Of a stretch of DNA of 64,000 bases, positions 1 through 10,856 are shown one piece after another (position 1 is the first letter of the stretch; each line of letters begins with the position of its first letter). This stretch comes from Narcine bancroftii (Eukaryota). Under the pieces are notes generated by a model that ran no database searches, was not told where the DNA came from, and worked only from the letters and a program-made list of their open reading frames with translations. The DNA lies in contig NC_091469.1 of the NCBI RefSeq assembly GCF_036971445.1, forward strand, positions 267,592,001-267,656,000, written 5' to 3'. A program made the translations under genes and the position numbers.

Positions 1-361
1 CATTGAGATGTAGCAAGTTCTACAGATGCTTCATTGAGCAAATTTTCAGATGAACTCATTGCCATCGAAACATCAACAATTTTCACAATTTATTTTGCAA
101 AGTTCAAAAATTTTACTACAAGTGGGTGTACAGCAGGGCAGTATGTCTTTCTTCTAGTATACAGAATACTGCCAAAAATACAACATACCACCACCGCCTT
201 GGCAATCTGCCCTAGCTGCATTGTTGTGTTTCACTAAGTTTTCCACCCACCATCTTTCTTCCCAACAAAGCAATAAGTATTACGCTAATGTCAAAATGTA
301 GATAAAAAGATTTTATCTAGCTATAATAAAACTGCTTAGTTTCTTGTAATTCTAATGAGTA

Positions 362-956
362 CAGGTGCTCCATGACTTATGACCATCCACACATACAGCT
401 GCATTTTTTAAAATATAAATATAAAAAAAAACATTTACACGGTTTATTTTGTATTTCACAAACTATAACATGGATACAGGGTATGCAAGAGCCAAAATAT
501 GTGTACTTACTTTGTTAGTCGGCGTTCTGGGGTCCCTGGGCTGGGGATGACCATCTTGATTCCTGTGCAAATGCGCAAGTCTTTAGTAGGCGCACGCACG
601 GTGGGTTCAAGTATTGGAGTTCACTTGGCGCATGCACGAGAGTTAAGGATGTGATTTCAATAGCGTCAGGTGCTTAACTCTCGCACATGCGTCAACCGAA
701 CTCCAAGCACGAACCCACTGAAGGCTCTCGCATGCACCAACTGAAGACTAATCAAGATGGTCGCACCCAACCCCAAGACCCTGAAACGCTGACTAAATTG
801 TTATTGTCGAATGTACTAAGAAACAAGAGATTTAATTAAAAATTTTGCTTTAAGACTTCGGTACTCCACGCGCAAGGCAAAATTCCAACTTGGGTCCATT
901 CCAAGATATGACTGATTCATTGGTCCCTATTACAGTTTTAAGTCAGGGACTACCTG
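362..956. mobile_element. Tc1/mariner-superfamily (Tigger/pogo-like) non-autonomous MITE
   Basis: Left end TA|CAGGTGCTCCATGACTTA and right end (reverse complement) TA|CAGGTAGTCCCTGACTTA are imperfect TIRs starting CAGGT. TA target duplications lie at 360-361 and 957-958. No transposase ORF. Confidence 0.75.
515..796. repeat. Long imperfect inverted repeat (foldback) inside the MITE
   Basis: TTAGTCGGCGTTCTGGGGTC pairs with GACCCTGAAACGCTGACTAA, GACCATCTTGATT with AATCAAGATGGTC, GTGGGTTC with GAACCCAC, and CGAGAGTTAAG with CTTAACTCTCG, around a centre near 660. Confidence 0.85.
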
Positions 957-3369
957 TATTTCAAATGGATACACATATCTATAGTGGAAGTACTAGGTAC
1001 TCGTCAGTCAACATTGTCAAACAGACAGAAAGAGTCAAAAGCCTCTCTTTGTGATGTTGATTTATGCCACTATATTTGTCACAATTATTTCAGACAGCAT
1101 GTCTGAGGCACATAAAATTAGTACACCTAAAGATGGCTGAATTTTGGAGTCACTCCACTAGAAAAGAAATGTTAGAACTAATTCTTCATAATGCTATGAA
1201 AAATAAAACTTAAATCCTTCGAACAGTCACAGTCAGAGCTAAAAGCAGTCTGGATGATCCCATCTCTGAAGCTAAAGATCTGCCAGAATGAAGATATTTG
1301 TGTCCAGATCAAGTGCAGTATGGTTAACTATTTCTGTTTCACTCTTAGCAAAAATAGATGACCACTAAAGTAGTGCTAAGAATGGAGCAGAAAAAGTTGG
1401 CCGCACGAGGTACACAAGTTATCATCAGTAATGCCTAGTTTGGTAAAGAAACTGATGCAATTTTATTATAGTAAGCATTTTGCCTCTCCTGACTGAAGCT
1501 CACAATCTCATCTCGTGCAAAATTTGGAGAGAATTTAATCTAATGATTCTGTGTCAGGTTTGCATGTGGGTACCATATATTCTAACCTGTTGTTGTCCAC
1601 AAAAGTCCCTATTGATACTGCAAAGTGATTGCGAAATTTTTCACCATGATGTTTGTTATTGTCACAAATATTCACATTCAGCTCAGACCAAAGTAGTGAG
1701 TTATTCAGTTGATTAAAGAAAAAAAAAGTCAGACAGAGGAAGTATTTTGAATGTTCTTTTACTTTTACTGGCCAGTTTCCCTGGTTGCTGTCATGACTCA
1801 CTCCTTTCTATAATGTGCGTAATTTAAACTGTAATGCCAGACGCACACCCACTCCATGTGTGTGTAATGTTGTCTCATGTAGGAAAATGTACAGATGTTC
1901 TTGAATAATTGACTCCAGAACATTAGGACCATTATTTTATTGCTCTTGCTAACTTATTGAAAACTTCATTCATCAATATCCAACAGATTGCTTTTATTCA
2001 CAATACCATGCAGTGGTTTGCAACAAAACCACCACTATGCATTGTCTATTATCAACTCTTATGTAGCCTCTTCACTTTTAATGAAATTATACTACTTAAT
2101 TATTCCACAATCCTTAACAACCAATGTTGCACCCAAGGTGGATTATTCATTGCATTGTCGCCATGCATTTATATACAATTTTATTAAATATACTGTCTTT
2201 GAGCATAACTTATCATTGATTTCCTGAACCAATGAAGTCAGCTGGATTTTGCTGATTGGTTTAACTCACACTGATTCATTTCAAGAAAACAAAATTTTGC
2301 ACTGAAAATTTCATGAGTTGTGTGTTGAAGGGGTTGGGTGTATCTGGGCACCGTAGGTGAGAAGAGAACTGAGATACTAAATTTAAAAAATAGGATTTAA
2401 GTAATTTAAAGTCAGACAAAATTTTGAACCATAAAAGAAAATCAAATTCCCTCTAAAATAAAAGTTTCACACTCATTACTTTGCACACTTCGATTACCAG
2501 TAATTACTTTGGAAATTAACCTACTTATTTATAAATTGTATGAGAATAGTATTAAAGTAAAGCAGTTTCTACACATCCTAATCTCTTGTCTACCAAAAGT
2601 AATTACATGTAAACGCTATCACATTGTATTTTAAAGGATATCAAATTTGCAAGGAAATTAGTATCTGCATATTAAAAGATTGAGGGACTGTGAAAGGACA
2701 GTTAAATAAATGGAATCTGGGGTTTTTTTTGCTCGAGTCTTCATTGGTTCTGCTAATTAATTGAATAATAATCAGTGCTTAACATACCGAACAACTGGTA
2801 TAATACTGAAGATATGGAATTAACCTAATATAATTTGAAAGATAGCATTCTTTATCAGAATTATAAACCACAGTAGTTGAATGTATGTACCTAGGTAAAT
2901 TTTCATTGAGTTCTACAAATGAATCTGGCAAGAGGTCTATCCTTATTTAGGCAATTCTAAAGCAAATGTCTCCCACACAAGATAGCCCGCATTGTGAGTC
3001 TTCTGTATTGTCTTTTTGGACCTCTGAAAAAAAATCCCTCTACGTCCATGCTAGATTTATTCTAGTGCAAATGCAGCAAGCCTGTTGAAATCAAGGGAAG
3101 AAATTGGTTGCTCGAAAAAAAAAATCAGTCAAAGTTTATTTTATTGAATTGTCAATTCTTTTTTTTTAAATCTGTGTACTATTTTACTCTTCAATCTTGA
3201 ACTGCTGACCTTGGATTTGAGAAACATTTGTCCATGAAACCTTCCAATAAATGGAGCATCACTGCAAACCAACAATAGTTTGTGTTTCCATAGTGCACTA
3301 TAACACAAAACTATCTCAAAGAACTGCACAAGCTAGGAAATCACAGTAAGCATGTGTGAAGTTTTAAAT

Positions 3370-3620
3370 AAAGTGTTTGGAGAAGAGAACAATAGGGAGT
3401 CAAAGAGCATTGAGAGTAGGAGCAAAATGAATGAGTGTCCATCTATGGAATGAAAGTTGTCACAGAGAAGGGTAATCCATTGTGAGGACTTCAGGGATGA
3501 GCCCGTGCTGAAGAATGCTCCAGTAGGCTGTATCACCATGAAAAGATTTGTAAATGAAAGAGATCTGGCAGTCAGTTCTCTGGGAATGCAAGCCTTTGTA
3601 GAGTGGAGGATGTAGGTGTT
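3370..3620 (-). mobile_element. Highly decayed L2-type LINE RT remnant
   Basis: The minus strand loosely follows the L2 RT segment HSTETAL...ILCD...LLDLSAAFD (ORF remnant ..LLCDN...ILLLLSMLFD). Boundaries are approximate. Confidence 0.4.
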
Positions 3621-4081
3621 CTTGATGTATCAAAAAGAAATGAAAATAAATAAAGGTAAAAATGATAACTCGTCATGCCAGTGAACTGTTTTAACTCCAG
3701 TCTCATTACTGACAGTGGAATTTGAGATAAGCACATAACTCAGCAACTCACTTAAATCCTAGTTATTGCTACATGAAAGCAAGTTTAAACAGATTGTGCA
3801 GAAGCAATAAAATTAGCTGAAAATAAATACCCGATTCTTGTTCATTAATATTTGCAATACCTTTTCCCCCTTTCTTGCCTCGCACAACAGGAATGGAATA
3901 AATTTACATATTTAAAAAATACTGTAGATAATTGTTGAGGCATAAATGGATCATAGTTTTATTTAAAAATAAATCTTTGCTTTAACAATCTGAACTAATT
4001 GTAATACTTGTTGCTGAAATTTGTCTGGCTGTCTCTGCAGTTGGAAGGGAAGAGAATTCAACAAATGTGACTACAAATTTT

Positions 4082-6240
4082 AGACATTGACCTTTAGCCA
4101 GGCTTGTCTCAAGAAAACCCTACCCAAATACCACCAGCATGTAACCTGATGTACAGAGGTCCCAGCATAGTCAATCACTGCTACACCAAAATAGGAAGTC
4201 CTACTGTTTCTTCCCAAGACTATATTTTGGTAAGTCAGATCATCTGACCATGCCCCTTCTGCCTTAATGCAGACAGTGGCCAAAAAGAGAGGCTCCAGAG
4301 ATCAGGACAGCTAAAAGATGGTCACAAAAGACTAACGAACATTCGTAGCACTTCCTCAATTCAACGGATTGGGCGGTGTTCAAGGACTCAGCTGAGGATC
4401 TGAATGATTACACCAGGGCTGTCATAGATTTTTTCAAAGCAAGTGTGGATGAGGGCATCCCTGCCAAAGCATTCAGGGTTTTCCCCAACCAGAAGCCCTG
4501 GATGAACAATGAAATCCAGAACCTCCTGAAAGCCAGATCACAGGAATTTAAGTCCAGAGATCCAGATCACTATAGAAAGAGCAGGTATGGCCTGCAGAAA
4601 GCTATTTCCCAGGCATAAAAAAGGAAATCAGGAGGGATACCTGATAGTTGTGGCAGGGACTTAATGACATAACCCGCTACAAAACAAAATCCGGGACAGT
4701 AAGAGATGGCAAAGCTACATTCCCTGATGAACTTAATGCCCTCTAAGGCCAATTCAACCAAAAGAACAAGAAAGAACCACCTCTATGTGTCTTCATGGAT
4801 ATCTTCAACATCTCACTCCAGCAGGGCACGGTACCCACAGGTTTAAAACAGGTGATATTCATACCAGTGCCAAGAAGAGTGTTGTAACCTGCCTAAATAA
4901 CTATCGACCAGTGATTATAAGTATTTTGAAAGGCTGGAGTTGAAGTATATCTTCTCCTGTCTGAATGGTGACATGGATTAATTCCAATTCACCTATCATA
5001 GAAAAGGGTCTACAGCGAATACCATCTCACTGGCTCTACACAATGCCCTGGAAACCTGGACAGGAAGGGTGCACACATCAGAATGCTCTTTATTGACCAC
5101 ATTTCAGCATTTAACATCATCATCCCCTCAAAACTGATCAGCAAACTCCAAGACCTAGGACTCAACACCCTACTGTGTAATTGGATCCTTGATTTCTTTA
5201 CCTACAGACCACAATCAGTGAGAATTGGTAAGAATGTCTCCCCCAGAACCTCCATCAGTGCCAGAGCACCACAGGACTGTGTTCTTAGCCCCCTGCTCTA
5301 CTCGCTTTTCACCTATGACTATGTAACTCTGTACGACAACAACACCATCTACAAATTCACTGATGATACTATGGTAATCGGTTATATAAAAAGAGATGAT
5401 AAGTCAGCATACAGGAGGGAGATTGAAAACATGGCAGAACGGTGCACCAACAATAACTTTTCAATGTCACCAAAATGAAGGAGCTGATTGTTGACTTCAG
5501 GAAGGGAAAACCAGATGTGTATGATCCAGTGATCATTGGGGGAAATCAGAGATGGAAAGGGTGAGCAAATTTAAATTCTTGGGAAATCACCATCTCGGGG
5601 GAACTTTCCTGGATCCACACACCAATGGCATCATGAAGAAAGCATGTCGGTGCCTTTACTTCCTCAGGAGTTTGTGAAGGTTTGGTATGACGTCGAAAAG
5701 TCTAGCAAATTTCTACAGATGTATCGTGGAAAGTGTGCTGACTGGCTGCATCATGGTTTGGTATGGAGACACCAATACCCCACCCCCAACTGAACATAAA
5801 GCTCTGTAAAAGGTAGTGGACACGGCCTAGGACATTAGAGGCAAACCCCTTCCCATCAGCGAGATCATCTGCAGAGAACACTGCCATCAAAGAGCAATGG
5901 CAGTCATCAAGGATCCACACCACCCAGCACAAGCTCTATTCTCGCTACTACCATCGTGAAAGAGGTCTAGGTACCACAAGACATGTACCACCAGGTTCAG
6001 AAATAGCTGCTCCCCCTCCATCATCAGACTCCTCCTCAACAAATATCAATCAGGGACGCATTTAAGGACTCTTACTTTTCCTTTATTGTTTTTTTTCTCC
6101 TCTCTGTATTGCACATGTGTACATTATGTACAGTGTTTTTTGCACTACCAATAAGTGGTAGTTCTGCTTGGCCTCAGGGAAAAGAATCTCGGGGTTGTAT
6201 GTTATGTCATAATATGTACTCTGAGAATACATCTAAATCT
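4082..6240 (+). mobile_element. Rex1/Babar-clade LINE, 5'-truncated and decayed
   Basis: Fragments include the end of the APE domain (..QACLKKTLPKYHQHVT), FPNQKPWMN, and RT motifs [39 protein letters not shown] and YKFTDD (degenerate FADD). The 3' UTR ends near 6240. Many stops and frameshifts plus an internal deletion near 4780. Confidence 0.9.
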
Positions 6241-7479
6241 ATTTCTGAATGTTTTTCAGTACTCTACCAAGTAAGTGTTTGCACATAAAAGTGGGAGCAA
6301 TGTTAACTGCAATATTTTACATGACCAAATTGCTTAAAGACATCTTAGACTTAAATATGAAATTAGACAAGTTACCTTCCCTCCAGTAGTATTCATACAA
6401 ATGTTTTTTTTTTCCCAGCAGGTTTCAGTGGATGACAAACTGGATCAGGAATCCTGACTGATGTTTCCTCTCCTTGGAAGACATGAAAAAAATAACATCT
6501 GTATGGGGAGCCATTAAAACAACTAGGCTATAAGCAGCCAACTAGCTATCTGATCTTTGTGGCATTTTTGGATCAAAAGCATGTTTGCCAATTTTTCCAT
6601 GTATTTGAGGCAAAGCTACATTTACCATCTCACTACATCATACCTCAGAGTACATTTTGAAAATTTCACTCTGCTAAATAACACGAAACTTGCTATGGTT
6701 ATTGCAAAATTATCAGATTGCCGGTAATTCATACAAGTAACTTTCAGCCCACTTCCTTTAAATGCATTTTGGTGCATTCATTCAAAATTACTTTGCAATC
6801 ATTCATGAATATTCATTTATAATATTTCATTTATCATGAGAGTGAATAATAAATCCTTAAAAGAACAATATTAAATATTAATGGAATCTTTTGGGAATTC
6901 AAAACATTCCCTAAATATTTCAGTATAATATGGGAAGTTAAAGCTTTGTTACTCAGACTGACTGGGAGATTACTAAAACAAGGATCATTAACTGCTACAA
7001 TAATATCATTAACAAATATCCAGCTAATTAGTCCCAAGTTTACTATTACATTGTCACTCTTTACCTCAGCCTGGAGCTACATCCTGCACTATTTCAGGTG
7101 CAATTGTTTCTACATACCTCCGTCCCAAGTGTTGCTACCAGTCTGGCTAGACAAGACCAGCAGAATGACACAATTCTATACTCATTAATCAATCATCAAA
7201 CTTTCCAAAACATATTTTCTGAGATTATCAACAGGAATGGTAATGGTAAATTATATTTAGTAATATTCTGACCCTTCTTCTGCTCATAGCAATTTTGCAT
7301 TTTCACCACACCCACTAATTTAGAGTCAAGCAATCACACAATTGGAGAATGATTATGCTTCAGAAGGAGGCCAAGGCTATTGAGACCAGTTATGCTGGAT
7401 CCAAATAAAACAATGCTATTAATCCCTTTATTCTGCACTCTTCCCACAACCAAGCAAATTATTTTCTATCAAATGCTGT

Positions 7480-7735
7480 AAGACCATATGACATAAAAGC
7501 AAAACTATGCCATTTGGCCCACTGAGTCATTCCAATCATGGTTGATGAAATTTTTCCTCTCAACCCCATTCTCCTGCCTCCTCCCTTTTAACCTTGACAC
7601 CCTTATTAATTAACAGCTTATCACCTTTCACTTTTAATTTACGCAATGAATTGGCCCCCATAGCTATCTGTGGTAACCAATTCCACACCCACTGGCTGAC
7701 GAAATATCTTTCATCTCTATTCTTGTGGGACATTC
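7480..7735 (-). mobile_element. CR1 LINE 3'-end remnant
   Basis: GACCATATGACATAAAAGC...GCCATTTGGCCCACTGAGTC...AATCATGG...CTCAACCCCATTCTCCTGCC matches the reverse complement of the chondrichthyan CR1/HER1-type tail as I recall it. The same motif recurs at about 13885 and 21970. Confidence 0.65.
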
Positions 7736-8141
7736 TTTTATTCTACTGGAAACCTCTTCTTCAAATCCACAGACATACACTGCTTCTTTGGTTTTCACAC
7801 ACCTGTTCATTCCATGCCATTCAGATTATATCTCTTTGAACTCTTTGTGCCAAATTGTGACTCTACACACCTCTCCATATTAAGCTTCATCTACCACTAA
7901 CCTGCCCATTCAGCCAATCAACAGACTGCAAAGAGATTACTTTACTTCCCTCCAAGTTTGCATCATCAAAACTTTGCCAATTTATCCTGAACACCCACGT
8001 CAAAGTCATTAACGTTGATCCAAAGAGAGGAGTTAATTCAGCACAGAAACACCAATGTCCCCGTTCTCCTAGTTTGAGAAACAATATTCTACCAATACTC
8101 TCTAGTCTGCTGATAACTCAATTTCTTATCAATGTTGCTAC

Positions 8142-8408
8142 TGTGGAGGCGCACATCCACGTGGCGAAATGGCCCTGCTTGTATCACCACATGGCGGGGC
8201 AGCCATGGGGAAATAGCGTTGTCAGAGGATTTTCACTGACTCCAGCCTCCCTTCCAGCGCTCGCCCTGGGCAGCGATTATGATGTCACAATGGACCAGGT
8301 GACTGAGCTCATGCTGCCCTTATAGGGATGTGCTGAATTTGGATAAAAACAGTTGTTAACGACCCTCAACGTGATGGCTGTGTTTCTTCCACTGCTCACG
8401 CCGCCACA
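8142..8408 (+). repeat. 5' LTR
   Basis: TGTGGAGGCG...CCGCCACA aligns without gaps to 9928-10194, with about 31 substitutions by manual count. Confidence 0.95.
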
Positions 8409-8409
8409 G

Positions 8410-8424
8410 TGGTGACCCTGATGA
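8410..8424 (+). promoter_or_regulatory. Primer binding site complementary to tRNA-Trp 3' end
   Basis: TGGTGACCCTGATGA lies 1 nt after the LTR. The canonical Trp PBS is TGGTGACCCCGACGTGAT; two of the differences are CpG transitions. Confidence 0.85.
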
Positions 8425-8454
8425 GGCCAAACGTTTTTCTGGACTCAAAACACC

Positions 8455-8995
8455 ATGGATTCAGCAGAGGTTAACGCTGTCTCCATCAAGCTCCCCTCCT
8501 TTTTGGACCCACCAACCGAGAACGTGGTTTGGGCAGGCAGAAGCACAATTTCAACTCCGCAACATCTCCTTAGATGCCACGATGTTCTATCATGTCATGA
8601 ACGCTCTGGACCAAGAAACGGCAGTGAGGGGGGAACGACATCATCCACCACCCCCCAGCTACGGGCAAGTACACTGCCCACAAAGACCTGCTGCTTGGAA
8701 CTTTCGGGCTAATTCCCCAGCAACGGGCTTCCAGGCTCCTTCACCTAGATGGGCTTGGGGACCGTAGTCCATCGGCGCTGATGGACGAAATGCTGGCCCT
8801 GGCAGAAGACCACAAGCCTTGTTTTCTCTTCCGCCAGATATTCCTGGAACAGATGCTGGAGGACATCCAGCTGCTCCTCACAGAAGGACTTCTCGAACCC
8901 GAGGAGAGCAGTAGCCCGTGCGGATGCCCTCTGGTGCACAAAGAGGGAGAACGAGGCAGCCCTCAACCAGGTGGCACAACCAGGAGCCAGACCCC
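8455..8995 (+). pseudogene. gag: Frameshifted Gypsy gag remnant (CsRn1-type)
   Basis: Stitched across frameshifts it reads MDSAEVNAVSIKLPSFW...WFGQAEAQF...FYHVMNALDQETA...GLGDRSPSALMDEMLALA...FRQIFLEQM...ARADALW. The C-terminal zinc knuckle is absent. Confidence 0.9.
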
Positions 8996-9900
8996 CAAGG
9001 TCGGACGACACACGTGAGCTCCCATCCAGAACTTCAACCTGGCGGTTCGCAGATTCCAACACATCCACGTTGATGTCATCGGGCCCCTGCCAGTGTCCAA
9101 AGAGGCTCGTTACCTCCTCACAGTGGATCGGGCCACAAGGTGGCCGGAGGCCATCCCAATTAAGGAGGCCTCCGCAGAGACATGCGCCAGGACTCTGGTC
9201 AGCTAATGGATCACCTGTTTCGAGTCCCGGCACACAACACTAGTGACAGAGGGGTGCAGTTCACATCTGCTCTGTGGACTTAGATGGCAAAGCTCCTGGG
9301 GGTCAAGTTCCACCACACCACAGCATACCACCCGCAGTCCAACGGGTTGGTGGAGAGGTTCCACAGGCACCTGAAGGCATCACTTATGGCCAGGCACTCC
9401 AGACCAGACTGGGCGGATGAACTACCCTGGGTCCTCCTCGGGATTAGGACAGCACCCAAGGAGGACCTGCAGGCTTCAGCAGCGGAGTTGGTCTATGGCA
9501 CACCGCTTTCACTGCCGGGTGAGTTTTTCGGCCCAGACCCTGACACCACGGCCACCGACAAAATCCTGCTGGCGGACCTACACAGGCGACTGGCCTCCCT
9601 AGCTCCCCCACCCCTGGCACGCCACGGCACCCAGCCGCTTCATCTCCCCAAAGAGCTCGACTTGGCCCAATTCATTTTTGTGTGGAGGGGACTACAAGGT
9701 GCACCGCTACAGTGACCGTACGAGAGGGCCATACAAAGTCTTGCACTGGTCCAGCGGAACCTTCACCCTGGATGTTGCAGGGAGAGAGGAACTTTTTACA
9801 GTGGACCACCTGAAGGTGGCCCATCTGAACTTATCACTGCCGTGCAGACGGCCATGCCCAAGCGCCAGACGCCCAAGCGCCAGACGCCAAAGCGACAGGA
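8988..9900 (+). pseudogene. pol: Gypsy integrase remnant (DDE core and GPY/F region)
   Basis: KVGRHT...RFQHIHVDVIGPLP...DRATRWPEAIP...TSDRGVQFTS...TTAYHPQSNGLVERFHRHLK...LPWVLLGIRTAPKEDL...ELVYG...GPYKVL, with several stops and frameshifts. Confidence 0.93.
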
Positions 9901-9927
9901 CGCGTAGCCGGTTCTGGGGGGGTGTTA

Positions 9928-10194
9928 TGTGGCGGCGCACATCCTCAAGGCAAACCGGCCCCGCTTGTATCACCACGTGGCGGGGCAGCCATGGGGAAAT
10001 GGTGTTGACAGAGGTTTCTCTCTGACTCCAGCCTCCCTTCCAGTGCGCACCCTGGGCAGCGATTATGATGTCACAATGCACCAGGTGACTGAGCTCATGC
10101 TGCCCTTAAAGGGGCGTGCTGAATTTGAATAAAAGCAGTCATTAATGACCCTCAACGTGGTGGCTGTGTCTCTTCCACTGCTCATGCCCCCACA
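9928..10194 (+). repeat. 3' LTR (preceded by G-run polypurine tract at 9916-9922)
   Basis: TGTGGCGGCG...CCCCCACA, containing AATAAA near 10128. Confidence 0.95.
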
Positions 10195-10754
10195 TTACTA
10201 ACTTTACTTTTCTAGACCTCCACTTTGATAACCAGCCTCCTGCATGGGACTTTATCAAATATCACTTAAGAATCCATAATTCTGAGCATATTTTGTATAA
10301 ATGGCATGAAAGACTGTTGAGAGGGTAAATTGATACACCTATTTTGAAACATATACTTAAAATATGGAATGGAATACATATAGAAAGGGAAATGTTATTA
10401 AAACAAAATCCTTTGATTACTTTTTACAGTTAATAATGTTTATTTTGATATTTGGTATAATTGCAGAATAAAAAGGATAAATGATTTTTGTTTAGGTTCC
10501 TTTTTTTGACTTTTGACCAATTGAAAGATAAGTATAATATACCAAATAATACCATTTTTTACTTATTATCAGCTTAAATCATATTTAACAAGAAAGTTAG
10601 GGCAGAATCCATGTAGACAACATCTAATGAATTCCCTTTTTGCTGAAACATTATCAAAAACCAAATATATTTATCAACCCCAATTTGCTGTATTACTCTT
10701 TTTATCCAAACTTCTCCATGAGCCTGTTAAAAAAATTTCCTACTTTATTGATTC

Positions 10755-10856
10755 TAAAAGCTTCCCCGCAGCTGAGGTTTCTTTGAATCTTGGACACACT
10801 GCTGGCCTGGCTGAGATAAGCTGGGGATCAACATAGGAGCCTCCTGGTCTGTGCAT
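10755..10856 (-). mobile_element. Ancient tRNA-derived SINE remnant (AmnSINE2-like)
   Basis: The minus strand CAGACCAGGAGGCTCCTATGTTGATCCCCAGCTTATCTCAGCCAGG resembles the AmnSINE2 consensus as I recall it and resembles the copy at about 46720. Confidence 0.4.

Larger units (their letters stand above)
8142..10194 (+). mobile_element. Ty3/Gypsy LTR retrotransposon, CsRn1-like clade, internally deleted (gag + integrase only)
   Basis: Two 267-bp TG...CA LTRs, a 4-bp TSD CTAC/TTAC (one mismatch), a tRNA-Trp-type PBS, a G-run PPT, and recognisable gag and integrase remnants. Confidence 0.95.
7860..10280 (-). mobile_element. Old CR1 RT remnant interrupted by the Gypsy element (pieces about 7860-8141 and 10195-10280)
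   Basis: The minus strand has a degenerate FADDTKL-like stretch (FDDANL). CR1-like sequence resumes after the 3' LTR. Confidence 0.45.
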
